Of a DNA stretch of 64,000 nt, positions 21,670 to 32,380 are shown piece by piece. The first letter of the stretch is position 1, and every line of letters begins with the position of its first letter. The position numbers and the translations under genes are program-made. Source of the DNA: Chitinophagales bacterium (GTDB lineage Bacteria; Bacteroidota; Bacteroidia; Chitinophagales; UBA10324); NCBI GenBank assembly GCA_038326325.1, contig JBBQJW010000013.1:15460-79459 (forward strand), in the 5' to 3' direction. The notes beneath the pieces are model-generated. The model was not told where the DNA came from. It was given only the letters and a program-made list of their open reading frames with translations, and did not search any database.

Positions 21670-22725
21670 ATGAAAATAGCATCGCTACTCACTGTTACAC
21701 TTTTTACAACTGCGTTACAAAATTATTCCATTGCTCAGACTGCAGGGAATCAGATTTTTTTATCCCTTACATTTCCAACATCATCGCACATTGCTTCGTT
21801 AGGCGGTCAGGATTTGGCAACATGGAATAAAGAGGGAGCATATTTTTTTCAGAACCCTGCTACTCTGGATAAACGAAACTCGAATAGTTTCTTTTTTAAT
21901 TATACCCCGCTCTCAGGTCATGTTCAGAATTCAGTTGCCGGATTTTCTCATTCATTTAAAAAGTTAGGAAACTTTGGAATGGGATTGCAGTTTCTGGACT
22001 ATGGAATTTTTGATAAAACAGATGAGTATGGGTACGATTTAGGGAAAACTTTTTATGCAAAAGATTTTACTGTTACAGCAGGATATTCCAACAAACTCAC
22101 TGAAAAAATTAATTACGGTGCTTCATTAAAATATGTTTATTCAAAAATTGAATCTTATGCTGCAACGGGTTTGGCAATGGATATGGGTTTGGTTTTTCAG
22201 GATTCAGTTAAGGGAATTACAATTGGCACAGCAATTAAAAACATTGGAGTGGTTGCAAAAGATTTTACGGAAACTTCAACCAGCAAATTGCCTTTTAATA
22301 TTGAAGCAGGAATTAGTCAGCACTTAGTTCATACACCGTTTTCTTTGTTTCTGAATTTGCACGATCTGAATCAATATGATACTCGATATCCGAAAACGGA
22401 AGCGCAGCAACAACTCATTGTTGATTCGACTAATCTGAAAGTGAATAAATATACTGTCGACAAAATTTTCCGTCACGCTAACTTCGGGTTGCAGATTGAT
22501 GCCGGAAAAAGTTTAAGATTTAATGTGAGTTACAATCATCAACGCCGTCAGGAATTGGCTTACGATGTTCGAAAGAGTCTCGCAGGTTTTTCATTCGGGT
22601 TTCAGTTAAGTGTGAAAAAAATAAATTTCGGATATAGTTATTCTGTTTACAATATTTCAGGGGGGCAAAACAATCTGTCTATTTCAATGAATTTCAATGA
22701 ATTTGTTGGTGTAAGAAAGATGTGA
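21670..22725 (+). CDS. porQ: T9SS-associated outer-membrane beta-barrel, PorQ-like
   Basis: Start ATG 21670 (MKIASLLTVTLF...IAQ). FLSLTFPTSSHIASLGGQDLA...NPATLD and later beta-strands resemble PorQ. The assignment is from memory of the family. Confidence 0.55.
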   Translation: MKIASLLTVTLFTTALQNYSIAQTAGNQIFLSLTFPTSSHIASLGGQDLATWNKEGAYFFQNPATLDKRNSNSFFFNYTPLSGHVQNSVAGFSHSFKKLGNFGMGLQFLDYGIFDKTDEYGYDLGKTFYAKDFTVTAGYSNKLTEKINYGASLKYVYSKIESYAATGLAMDMGLVFQDSVKGITIGTAIKNIGVVAKDFTETSTSKLPFNIEAGISQHLVHTPFSLFLNLHDLNQYDTRYPKTEAQQQLIVDSTNLKVNKYTVDKIFRHANFGLQIDAGKSLRFNVSYNHQRRQELAYDVRKSLAGFSFGFQLSVKKINFGYSYSVYNISGGQNNLSISMNFNEFVGVRKM

Positions 22726-22802
22726 ATTAATTAAACGGAAAGTTGTTTGATTATTGTGGCAGGTGATATACTTTCACGCAATCAATTTATACAAAAATCA
22801 GA

Positions 22803-25331
22803 ATGAAAAAACTTTCGTTACTCGTTTTTCTCCTTGCCGTGGTTTCCACTAAAAATTCATTTTCTCAAATCGTCATCAATGAGTATTCGTGTTCGAATAT
22901 TGGAGACATTCAGGATAATAATTCAAGCTTTGAAAACTGGATTGAACTTTATAACACTACCGGAGCGACGATAAATTTATCCGGGTATTATTTAAGTGAT
23001 AAATCTTCTAACCCAACAAAGTGGCAGTTTACAGGTGGAAGTATTCCTGCAAACGGAATTGTTTTGGTTTGGGCCTCAGGAAATGATGTTTCTGCAGCAC
23101 CACCTTTTCACACAAGTTTTACTCTAACTCAAACAAAACCTGAAGAAATAGTTCTTTCAAATTCAAGTGCAACTATCATTGACCAATTAACCTTGAATCC
23201 AACTTTAAGAGATAATTCAAGAGGGAGAACCACAAATGGTGCAGCCACCTGGTCAGTATTTACCACTACCACTCCAGGAACTGCAAATAATGGAGCTATG
23301 CAGGAATATGCAGCCAAACCAGTTTTTAATTTGGCACCTGGAAATTATCCCGGAGCACAAAACATTGCTATCAGTTGTTCAACACCCAATACGGAGATCA
23401 GATACACGACTAACGGATCTGAACCGACTGTTACATCAACACTTTATGCTGGGGCAATTAATGTTTCAATAACAACTTTAATAAAAGCAAAAGCATTTAG
23501 CACAGTTGCCGGTGTGCCAGCAAGTTTTACTGAAACAAATACATACTTCATAAATCTGAATACCACTTTAAATGTAGTTTCTCTTGGTTCGGATCAATAC
23601 CCCAATCTTTTTGCAACCCAGCAAGATATTTATTCTACTTATGAATACTTTACACCATCTGGAAGTTTTTTATACGAATGTTCAGGAGATGTAGGTAAAC
23701 ATGGAAATGATTCCTGGGCTTATCCTCAGAAAGGAGTTGACTTTGTTTGCAATGATAAATATGGGTATAGTTATGAAATGAATTATCCAATATTTGATCC
23801 AACGCTAACCGATAGAACTGAATTTGATAGAGTTATATTAAAAGCTGCTGCTTCTGATAATTATCCGTTTGGTCCGTCAGTTAGTTGCCATATTCGAGAT
23901 GCTTTCACGCAAACACTTTCACAAAAAGCAGATTTGGAAACAGATGAAAGGACAAATCATGCCTGCATCGTTTATATCAACGGGCAATATTGGGGTGTAT
24001 ATGAAATTAGAGAAAGAATGAGTCATGCCGGATATACAAAGTATTATTATAATCAAGGAGCAAACGATATTGATTTATTAAGATTTTGGGGCGGATTGGT
24101 AATTCAATATGGCACAAATACTCAATGGAATAGTCTTTATGCATATATCATGGCTAATGATTTATCCATTCAAGCTAATTACGATTATGTTGATTCTTTA
24201 CTAAACATAAAGAATATAATTGACTATACAATTTTGAATACATATATTGTGAATTCTGATTGGATTAATTGGAATACAATGTGGTGGCATGGCAAAAATC
24301 CTGCAGGAAATAAAAAGAAGTGGCGCTATGTTTTGTGGGACGAAGATAATACATGGAATCTCGGTCAGAATTATACTGGATGGCCAACTACAGGTTGGAA
24401 TGCCGATCCTTGTGATTTAGCTGGTAGTTATAGCAATCAAGGCCCAAACATGGCAACTATGGATATTTTAAATAAATTGCTTGCTAATTCTGATTTTGAA
24501 GATGCTTATATTAATCGGTACGCTGATTTGATGAATACTTGTTTATCATGTCCTTCAACAATAGCTTTATATGATTCAATGATTGGTGTAATTACTCCAG
24601 AAATGCCGAACCAGGTGGCCCGATGGGGAGGGAGTATGGCTGGCTGGCAAAACAATGTATCAACAATGCATGATTTTATTACCAATCGTTGTGCGTTTAT
24701 TGATAGTTCACTAATCGGTTGTTACAATTTAACCGGACCTTATGATGTAACAGTTTCTGTTTCGCCTCCCGGATCAGGAAATGCAATGATTAGTACTTTG
24801 ATTCCTTCTTCTTATCCATGGACAGGAACTTATTTTGGTGGAGTAAATCTGAAATTTCAGGCAATGGCAAATTCAGGATGGTACTTTGATCATTGGGGGT
24901 TATTGGTCAATGCTCCAAACCCAAGTGCCACTTCAGATACAATGAGTATTAATTTAACTTCAAGCGATAACATCGTTGCATACTTTGTTCAGCAACCTGT
25001 TCCTCCTATTCCTCCGGTTATTATACCTCCTGTTATAACTGTTACACAGGTTCCAGATGTATTTATACCAACTGCATTTAGTCCGAATGGTGATGGAAAA
25101 AATGATATTCTTTTCATCTATGATTACTTCAACAACATAGCATCAATGGATTTTAAAGTGTATGATAGAACCGGTGAAATGGTTTATCAAAGCACTGATA
25201 AAACAAGAGGTTGGGATGGAACATTTAACAGCTTGTCATTAAATGTTGGCGTATATGTGTATCAATTAAATGCCAGGTTATACGATGGTACTGAAATCGT
25301 AAAAAGTGGTGACTTTACACTTTTAAAGTAA
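22803..25331 (+). CDS. CotH-family protein with N-terminal lamin-tail domain and gliding-motility (type B T9SS) C-terminal domain
   Basis: LTD (IVINEYS...WIELYNTTGATINLSGYYLSD). CotH core (IRDAFTQTLS...ACIVYINGQYWGVYEIRERM). CTD (FSPNGDGKNDILFI...GWDGTFN...GVYVYQL). Confidence 0.7.
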   Translation: MKKLSLLVFLLAVVSTKNSFSQIVINEYSCSNIGDIQDNNSSFENWIELYNTTGATINLSGYYLSDKSSNPTKWQFTGGSIPANGIVLVWASGNDVSAAPPFHTSFTLTQTKPEEIVLSNSSATIIDQLTLNPTLRDNSRGRTTNGAATWSVFTTTTPGTANNGAMQEYAAKPVFNLAPGNYPGAQNIAISCSTPNTEIRYTTNGSEPTVTSTLYAGAINVSITTLIKAKAFSTVAGVPASFTETNTYFINLNTTLNVVSLGSDQYPNLFATQQDIYSTYEYFTPSGSFLYECSGDVGKHGNDSWAYPQKGVDFVCNDKYGYSYEMNYPIFDPTLTDRTEFDRVILKAAASDNYPFGPSVSCHIRDAFTQTLSQKADLETDERTNHACIVYINGQYWGVYEIRERMSHAGYTKYYYNQGANDIDLLRFWGGLVIQYGTNTQWNSLYAYIMANDLSIQANYDYVDSLLNIKNIIDYTILNTYIVNSDWINWNTMWWHGKNPAGNKKKWRYVLWDEDNTWNLGQNYTGWPTTGWNADPCDLAGSYSNQGPNMATMDILNKLLANSDFEDAYINRYADLMNTCLSCPSTIALYDSMIGVITPEMPNQVARWGGSMAGWQNNVSTMHDFITNRCAFIDSSLIGCYNLTGPYDVTVSVSPPGSGNAMISTLIPSSYPWTGTYFGGVNLKFQAMANSGWYFDHWGLLVNAPNPSATSDTMSINLTSSDNIVAYFVQQPVPPIPPVIIPPVITVTQVPDVFIPTAFSPNGDGKNDILFIYDYFNNIASMDFKVYDRTGEMVYQSTDKTRGWDGTFNSLSLNVGVYVYQLNARLYDGTEIVKSGDFTLLK

Positions 25332-25353
25332 GAAGCAAATGAACTATTATTGT

Positions 25354-25390
25354 GCCGCTGACAATCATTGATTGTCGGCGGTTTTTTTTT
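25354..25390 (+). terminator. Rho-independent terminator
   Basis: 12-bp stem (25355-66 / 25370-81, one G.T pair), loop ATT, T9 tail. Confidence 0.75.
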
Positions 25391-25394
25391 ATCT

Positions 25395-26300
25395 ATGTCC
25401 CAAATGAAAATCATTTTGATACCCATAATATTGCTTTCCGGTTTTTACTATCGGTCGCTGGGTCAAGATGCACCACCTTCAACTGACATCTGGTTATTGA
25501 AGTTACAGAAAAGCGAATCAAACAATTATCAGGTTTCCAACTACAAAAAAATTACCGATAATCCCGGTTACGATAATCAACCCTACTTTCTTCCGGCAAT
25601 GAATAGTCTTTTATATGTGTCGGATAAAAATTCAAATCAAACAGATATCTATCAGTTTTATTTTGCAACGGGAGCTTCAAAAAAAGTTTTGAGTACGGAA
25701 TATTATAAAGAGTATTCTCCGATGTTGAGTTATGATGGCGATAAAATCAGTTGCATCAGTATTGAGCCAGATGGTTCGTCGCAGCGCTTTTGGGAGTTTC
25801 CATTTACAGGTGGAATAGGTAAACCATTGTTTCCAGATATCACAGATGTTGGATACTACAGTTGGTTAGATGAAACTCAGATTGCATTTTTGAGATTGGA
25901 GAAAAATACAATTTACATTGCCAATACATCTTCAGGTGATATGCAAAAATTGGAAGAGAACACCGGCAGATGTATTCAGAAAGCAAGAAATCATAATTGG
26001 ATGTTTTATGTGAAAAAATATGATTCGCTCAATTGGCGAATTAAGTGTTATGACATTGGCAAGTCAATGGTGATTGGAGAAATTCAATTACCGCAGGGTC
26101 AAGAAGATTTTACTGTTGGACCTAACGATGCAATCTGGCTGAGCGATGACGAAAAAATAATGGAGGCATCGGTTCAAAATCCAACATGGAAAAAAGTTTT
26201 CGACTTTTCAACTTATCCCTTTAAAAATTTTTATAGGATAACTTTCTCTCCTGAATATAATATGCTTGCCCTAGTAACTTATGATGGCAAGAAACCCTGA
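25395..26300 (+). CDS. Periplasmic TolB/PD40-like beta-propeller protein (unknown function)
   Basis: The ORF-track start lies inside the preceding terminator; ATG 25395 or 25404 (MKIILIPIILL) is likely. DNQPYFLP and LLYVSD-type repeats are present. Confidence 0.4.
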   Translation: MSQMKIILIPIILLSGFYYRSLGQDAPPSTDIWLLKLQKSESNNYQVSNYKKITDNPGYDNQPYFLPAMNSLLYVSDKNSNQTDIYQFYFATGASKKVLSTEYYKEYSPMLSYDGDKISCISIEPDGSSQRFWEFPFTGGIGKPLFPDITDVGYYSWLDETQIAFLRLEKNTIYIANTSSGDMQKLEENTGRCIQKARNHNWMFYVKKYDSLNWRIKCYDIGKSMVIGEIQLPQGQEDFTVGPNDAIWLSDDEKIMEASVQNPTWKKVFDFSTYPFKNFYRITFSPEYNMLALVTYDGKKP

Positions 26301-27266
26301 TTAATTTTTTTCAATATTTTTTCCTCTTACATATTGCCGTGTTTGTGATGCAGCGCTCACCAATTGTTTTCGATATTTATAAATTGTATAAATTACAACT
26401 GAAGAGAGAATGATTCCCGAACCTAAATAAAACCCAGGCTTCAGTTCTTTTTGTTCATGAAAGAAAATAAACGCGAAAATAATTCCGTAAATAGGTTCAA
26501 GGTTGATGTAAAGGTTGGATGTAAAAGCTGTTACATGTTGCAAAGCTTTAAGCGAGAGATTGAATGGAATTACAGTACAGAAGATACTGAAAAATAAAAG
26601 CAGCACTAAATCTTTTGCTGAAGGAATCAGACTTGAGGTAGGAAAAATATGCTGATAAAAAGGAAGCGCTGCGGTTATAAAAATCAATCCACTCGCGAGT
26701 TCATAAAATGTAACAGTTTCTGAAGTGAAATCTTTTACGAGTTTAGCATTCAGTATTGTGAAGTAAGAACCGACTAATGCAGCTCCTATACCTAAGATTA
26801 TTCCAGTTCGTTGCAATTCCTGAACATTGAATATGACAAGCATTCCTATTAAAGCAAAAACAGCCAAGAGCAATTCCCTGAAATTAATTTTCGTCTTATT
26901 AATTAGGGGATCCAAAAATGAAGTGAATACCGCAATCGTACTCAAGCAACTTAACCCGATTGAAATATTTGAATATTTTATACTTCCATAAAACAACACC
27001 CAGTGAATAGCAACTAAAAAACCAACTAAAGCTATCCGATTTATTTCCTTTAGCGAAAGTTTTTTAATTTTTCTGGAGAAGGCAGGAATAAGCAACAGAA
27101 GTGTAACAGTAAAAATTAAACGGTACCATACCAATACCAATTCTTTTAAATCAATTGCCCGACCGAATATGCCTGTGAAACCCCACAGAAAAATGGAAAT
27201 ATGTAAGTAGATAAGTGCTTTGCGCATTATTATTTCGGAACAAATATTTATAAATACTTTGGGCAT
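26301..27266 (-). CDS. EamA/DMT-family transporter
   Basis: 10-TM profile with two EamA-like halves. The likely true start is MRKALIYL (27227). Confidence 0.7.
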   Translation of the reverse strand: MPKVFINICSEIIMRKALIYLHISIFLWGFTGIFGRAIDLKELVLVWYRLIFTVTLLLLIPAFSRKIKKLSLKEINRIALVGFLVAIHWVLFYGSIKYSNISIGLSCLSTIAVFTSFLDPLINKTKINFRELLLAVFALIGMLVIFNVQELQRTGIILGIGAALVGSYFTILNAKLVKDFTSETVTFYELASGLIFITAALPFYQHIFPTSSLIPSAKDLVLLLFFSIFCTVIPFNLSLKALQHVTAFTSNLYINLEPIYGIIFAFIFFHEQKELKPGFYLGSGIILSSVVIYTIYKYRKQLVSAASQTRQYVRGKNIEKN

Positions 27267-27370
27267 TAATAATATTCATTTCAACATTTTAATCTGATTA
27301 GTTTTAATTAAATGAAAAATAAAAAACATTCGCGCTATATAAATTCGCAAAGAGAAAACAGAAATCAATC

Positions 27371-28756
27371 ATGACTTTAATAAAATCTATTTCAGGAATT
27401 CGAGGAACGATAGGAGGAAAGCCAGGGGATAATTTAACCCCGATTGAAGTTGTGAAATTTACAGCTGCTTATGCTGTATGGATGAGAAATAATAATCGCA
27501 TCAACAAAGTAATTATCGGTCGCGACGCTCGCAAGAGTGGTGCGATGGTTTCTCAACTCGTAGGTGGAACATTGATTGGAATGGGAATGGAAGTGATTGA
27601 TTTAGGTTTAAGCACTACACCAACAGTTGAAGTAGCTGTAACAGGCGAAAATGCGGGTGGCGGAATTATTATCACCGCCAGTCACAATCCAGGACAATGG
27701 AATGCTTTGAAATTATTAAATCACAATGGGGAATTTATTTCTGATGCTGACGGAAAGAATATTCTCTCCATTGCTGAACTGGAACAATATGATTTTCCAA
27801 CTATTGAAAATATTGGTTCATATAAAACTGATGATAGTTGGATTCAGAAGCACATAGATTTGATTTTGAAATTGTCAATGGTGAAAAAAGAAAAAATTGC
27901 TGCAACGAATTTTAAAATTGTTGTTGACGCGGTTAATTCAACAGGAGGAATTGCTGTACCGCAATTACTAAGAGCATTAGGTGTAACACAAGTGGTTGAA
28001 ATTTTCTGTACACCCGATGGAAATTTCCCTCACAACCCTGAACCGCTTCCTGAAAATCTCACCGCAATTTCAGCGGAGGTGAAAAAACAAAAAGCTGATT
28101 TAGGAATTGTCGTTGACCCAGATGTCGATCGCCTTGCATTTGTGTGCGATGATGGAAGCATGTTTGGTGAAGAATATACTTTGGTCGCTATTGCTGATTA
28201 TATTTTAAAAAACAAGAAAGGGAATTCAGTTTCTAATCTTTCTTCAACCCGCGCCTTGCGTGATGTAACAGAAAAAGCAGGAGGAACTTATAGCGGCGCT
28301 GCGGTAGGTGAAGTGAATGTGGTGAACAAAATGAAAGAAGTAAACGCAGTAATAGGCGGCGAAGGAAACGGCGGTGTGATATATCCGGAATTACATTATG
28401 GTCGTGATGCACTTGTAGGAATCGCTTTATTCCTTTCTCATCTTGCTGAAGTTAAAATGAATTCAACAGCATTGCGGACTTCGTATCCGAATTATTTTAT
28501 TGCGAAAAATAAAATTGAGTTAAAAAAAGGAATTGATGTTGACGCGATTCTGAAGAACATTCATCAGAAATTTATCGCTCAACCCTGTAACACCCAAGAT
28601 GGCTTAAAAATAGAATTTGGCAACGAGTGGGTGCACATGCGAAAGAGCAATACCGAACCCATTATTCGCATTTATGCAGAAAGCCAAAATGAAAAACAGG
28701 CGAATGAGTTAGCGATGAAAATGATTGGTGAAATTGAATCAATAAGTAAAGTGTAA
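27371..28756 (+). CDS. glmM: Phosphoglucosamine mutase (alpha-D-phosphohexomutase family)
   Basis: Active-site loop TASHNPGQWNALK, Mg site VVDPDVDRLAF, GEGNGG. The stop codon lies within GTGTAACAC. Confidence 0.85.
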   Translation: MTLIKSISGIRGTIGGKPGDNLTPIEVVKFTAAYAVWMRNNNRINKVIIGRDARKSGAMVSQLVGGTLIGMGMEVIDLGLSTTPTVEVAVTGENAGGGIIITASHNPGQWNALKLLNHNGEFISDADGKNILSIAELEQYDFPTIENIGSYKTDDSWIQKHIDLILKLSMVKKEKIAATNFKIVVDAVNSTGGIAVPQLLRALGVTQVVEIFCTPDGNFPHNPEPLPENLTAISAEVKKQKADLGIVVDPDVDRLAFVCDDGSMFGEEYTLVAIADYILKNKKGNSVSNLSSTRALRDVTEKAGGTYSGAAVGEVNVVNKMKEVNAVIGGEGNGGVIYPELHYGRDALVGIALFLSHLAEVKMNSTALRTSYPNYFIAKNKIELKKGIDVDAILKNIHQKFIAQPCNTQDGLKIEFGNEWVHMRKSNTEPIIRIYAESQNEKQANELAMKMIGEIESISKV

Positions 28757-28760
28757 CACC

Positions 28761-29585
28761 TTATTCTTTTTCGTTTGTGATTTTGTCTAAAAGCAAGTCA
28801 GGATTCTTTTTCAGAATTTCAGGATTTATTCTCAAGCTTAACTGAACAGGAGAGAAGTAGCCCATCAATTCAGTTTTTTTTAATCCGATAAATGTTGCAC
28901 ACTCCACCCGAACATTCGGGATTTTCTTCAGTACAAATTGCAATCCAGGCTCCACAAAAATATTCTGATTATAAAATCCTCGTTCGGTTGAAGGCTTATT
29001 CAAATCAATTCCTGATTTTAAAGCATCAGCAAATACATAAGAGAAGCGACAAGTTAAATAAATATTATTTCGTTTTTCAGGAAAATGAAAATATGAAAAC
29101 TGCAGAGCCGGAATCAAAAAATTTATTCTTTGAGTTAAATGATTGGGGGTTGTATTTGCATAATAATTCGGAAAGAAATTAAAATATAGCTGATTGTGTT
29201 CAACAATAACTTGCGGAACAATTTCAAAACCGCTATGAACTTTGTTGGTTGAAAAAAAACCGGCACCCGCATTCACCGAGTATGCGTAATCAGTTGCGCT
29301 TGTTCCATCATGAGTTTTATAAAGCGGAACAATTGCAGAATTTAATTGTGTGCTTCCTTCTAAAAAAAAATGATTAGTAAAACTGTGCGACACTCCTAAC
29401 TGCGCACCTATAATTTGCATGAAGGGTCGTGTGATAACTTTTGTTTCATGCGCTGAATCGTAATTGAAAACTGTTAATCGTTGCGGGTAATAAATCTGAT
29501 AACTGCATGAATTGAAATTCAAAATTGAAATTGCAATCAGAGAAAAATAAAATACTGTTTTTAAAAATACCTTGTGTGTCTCCAT
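28761..29585 (-). CDS. Hypothetical outer-membrane-type protein
   Basis: 274 aa with an N-terminal hydrophobic segment and beta-rich, aromatic-rich composition. It is the last gene of a 3-gene minus-strand cluster. Confidence 0.35.
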   Translation of the reverse strand: METHKVFLKTVFYFSLIAISILNFNSCSYQIYYPQRLTVFNYDSAHETKVITRPFMQIIGAQLGVSHSFTNHFFLEGSTQLNSAIVPLYKTHDGTSATDYAYSVNAGAGFFSTNKVHSGFEIVPQVIVEHNQLYFNFFPNYYANTTPNHLTQRINFLIPALQFSYFHFPEKRNNIYLTCRFSYVFADALKSGIDLNKPSTERGFYNQNIFVEPGLQFVLKKIPNVRVECATFIGLKKTELMGYFSPVQLSLRINPEILKKNPDLLLDKITNEKE

Positions 29586-29640
29586 CTAAAATTTCGTGGA
29601 GGCAAATCTATGCTTATTAGAATATTACCGGTAAAAGAAA

Positions 29641-31071
29641 TTAAAACTCCATACCCATCCCAATGCTTCCGTTGATACTCTTAGTGTTGTAGGGAGAAAT
29701 TATTGAAAGAAGATTATTAGAACTCATCCATATCTGGTAATGGCTGAATTGAAAAGATAAGTTAGCACCTAAACTTTTACCGGTCAATCCTCCAGTAGCG
29801 GCTACCAATCCTGCATTCACAATATTCCCGATGCTGTAGTTGTATCCAATTGTTGCTAATGGTTTTTTTGTTGAATTAAGATAATCAGAGAAACCCTTTA
29901 TGTAAGTGAAGTTGAAGCGATGACGGAAATAAACTGTGTTGTTCTTCTTTCTCTTCTTCAATAAATTAATTGAAGTGTTTACAAAAACTTTTGTCGCGAG
30001 TGGAACTTTATACCCAGCAGTTGTAACAGTTGGCTTAAGTAATGAAACCATTGAGTCCAATTGAGTTTTTATTCCGGTTGTAGTTTCAGAATAACTCAAA
30101 TCAAAACCATCGAATTTAATTTGGCTACTGTTTGAAATATTAGCAGCATGATTTTTAAAACTGATTGAACCCACATCTGTTACAGCAGCATTTATTTTTA
30201 TCCAGTCATTCACATCAACTCCGCAGCCAAAATCGAAAGCAGTTCCGCTTCCTACCCCTTTAAAAAAATTTTTAGTGATATCTTTTGCATTTATATCTCC
30301 AAGCAAACCATGAACTCCAACCCGGTCTCCCGGCGAAGCAATATTTATATCATAATTGTAATTCAAATCCAATTCTCTTCCATCTGTCTGTGTAAATAAA
30401 CTGAGTGATGAAGATTTTGTGTAAACATTTGCAAGACTTGTTAAGTAATGGAACTGCATCGCAGGTTTTACTTTCAGTAAAGTATTTTTTCCCACTTTAA
30501 ATTTCAACTGTGTTCTTGCCCCGAAATAATAATCGGTGCATTGCAAGAAATTAATGGCAAGCGGGCCAAGTGTAACGGTTTTTCCTTCGAATTGTTTATT
30601 GCCTTTATAAAGAAGTGAAATCAGGTTCTGGCTGTAAAGAAGATTCATATCCATTCTTTCGCGAGCGCCTAATGAAAAGGAAAGGAATTTACTTTCTGTT
30701 TTCTTTCTGATATTGAATTCAGTATTAAGTATCGAAATAGCTGCGCCTGCATAAATATTATTTTGATTTTTTAGTACAGATAAAACTGAATCAACTGTTT
30801 GCTCAGTTAATTGCTTTGCGTTAAGAAAATGATTGAGAGCGTCTAAAGTCAATGAGTTATTTCCTGCGTCAGCATAAAAATCAAAAAAAGTAATCTTGAA
30901 TTTGCGGACTCCTTCCCCAATGAACGAAGGCATGTATTGCGATGCCTGCGAAAAAGTATGCTGATTCTGAAATTGAGAAAATGAAACCTGCGCATTTGTT
31001 TGATTTGAAGCAAAGAAAAAAAGCCCTGATAAAAGTGAACCCGTTAAATATTTTTTGTTGAAATCAACCAT
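29641..31071 (-). CDS. Hypothetical outer-membrane beta-barrel-like protein
   Basis: 476 aa with signal peptide ...SNQTNAQ, alternating beta-strand pattern and a C-terminal aromatic residue (GMGMEF). Confidence 0.35.
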   Translation of the reverse strand: MVDFNKKYLTGSLLSGLFFFASNQTNAQVSFSQFQNQHTFSQASQYMPSFIGEGVRKFKITFFDFYADAGNNSLTLDALNHFLNAKQLTEQTVDSVLSVLKNQNNIYAGAAISILNTEFNIRKKTESKFLSFSLGARERMDMNLLYSQNLISLLYKGNKQFEGKTVTLGPLAINFLQCTDYYFGARTQLKFKVGKNTLLKVKPAMQFHYLTSLANVYTKSSSLSLFTQTDGRELDLNYNYDINIASPGDRVGVHGLLGDINAKDITKNFFKGVGSGTAFDFGCGVDVNDWIKINAAVTDVGSISFKNHAANISNSSQIKFDGFDLSYSETTTGIKTQLDSMVSLLKPTVTTAGYKVPLATKVFVNTSINLLKKRKKNNTVYFRHRFNFTYIKGFSDYLNSTKKPLATIGYNYSIGNIVNAGLVAATGGLTGKSLGANLSFQFSHYQIWMSSNNLLSIISPYNTKSINGSIGMGMEF

Positions 31072-31079
31072 TGATTTTC

Positions 31080-32159
31080 TTAAAGTTTGAAATTCATTTT
31101 TAAATCACCTGTTATCTGAATGTTTAAATAAGTTTCATTATTAGCTGTAACGAAAGGTAATGCCGAATTAAAAGTGTTCATGTCAAGAACTGTTACAGCA
31201 TATTTCGATTGCTTTATTTTTGAAAGATGTGCCGCACTTATTTTAATTGAATCAATTGAATGCGTTACTTCAAGAGGAGAGCCTGCGGAATTTGTTTGAG
31301 CTCCTTGCAAAATAATTTGTGTATCGAACAACGAATCAATCACATTTCGTTTTGAAGCATCTAAAAAATAAATCTGAAAACCTGCATTCAGCGGCAACGC
31401 ATTATCCATAAATATTTTTAAATGACCCGCTATAGTTGAGTCTTCTATTGTAGAAGTTGATGATTGATTTGTGATTTCAAAATCAGAAGTATCACGAATT
31501 GATTTTGTTCTGTCAGTATAAAATTTCACTTCATCAACTGCAATAACATTTAATCCAATAACTATTTGAGAGGAATTATTTGTAAAAGTGACATTGTTTT
31601 GGGCAGACGAATTAAAATTATCGAGATAAAGAAATACGGTGTCTTCAATCACTTTATCTGAGAGTTGAAAATTGATGGAGAAAGTTTCTCCAGGCAAAAC
31701 ATCATTTGAAATCGGTTGCTGAGTAATAATGTTCTGAGTGTTGAGCGTATCAGCTCCGTTACGAATGGTAATTGTTGTTCCGGCTCCAATAATTATCGGA
31801 AATGAATTCGTCAGTGATAAACTGACAGCAAGCGTGTGAACATGAATCTCTTTCACCCAGTCAGAAACAACGATCGGATATGGACCTAAATGATTGTAAG
31901 TAAATGCAGGTACATTAATATTTACACCAATCGGGAAACCTAAATCGGGAGCGGGAATATTTCTTTTAAAATTCGTGCTGTCAAGAAGTGACAATGTTCC
32001 AAGTGATGCAGTTCCGTTCGCAATCGGAACTAACCATTCTGAATTTGTTGGAAGGAGAGGATTTAAATGGTCTAATTTTTTGCACCCGAAAATTGAAACA
32101 AGAAGAATAAAAAGCAACGGGCGTGAAGATATCATAGTGGCGAAAAATCGAGGAGCCAC
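31080..32159 (-). CDS. Hypothetical lipoprotein
   Basis: Lipobox LVSIFGC, 359 aa, no recognisable domain. Confidence 0.4.
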   Translation of the reverse strand: MAPRFFATMISSRPLLFILLVSIFGCKKLDHLNPLLPTNSEWLVPIANGTASLGTLSLLDSTNFKRNIPAPDLGFPIGVNINVPAFTYNHLGPYPIVVSDWVKEIHVHTLAVSLSLTNSFPIIIGAGTTITIRNGADTLNTQNIITQQPISNDVLPGETFSINFQLSDKVIEDTVFLYLDNFNSSAQNNVTFTNNSSQIVIGLNVIAVDEVKFYTDRTKSIRDTSDFEITNQSSTSTIEDSTIAGHLKIFMDNALPLNAGFQIYFLDASKRNVIDSLFDTQIILQGAQTNSAGSPLEVTHSIDSIKISAAHLSKIKQSKYAVTVLDMNTFNSALPFVTANNETYLNIQITGDLKMNFKL

Positions 32160-32380
32160 TTTTTACTAAAGGCAAGGAGAGAAGTTTCGTTTTGCTGATT
32201 TTTATTTTGAGTGTAACAGTAATTGACTGCATTATTTTTACTTTTTTCGCTATGAAATTGCAAAGTCTTTTTTTCTTCTATACAAAAAACATTGAAATTT
32301 TTATTGCCTATATTTATTCCAAGTTGGTTTTTTAGAATATATAATCGCGGTATGATTCTTTCATCCTAAAGAAAAAATTT

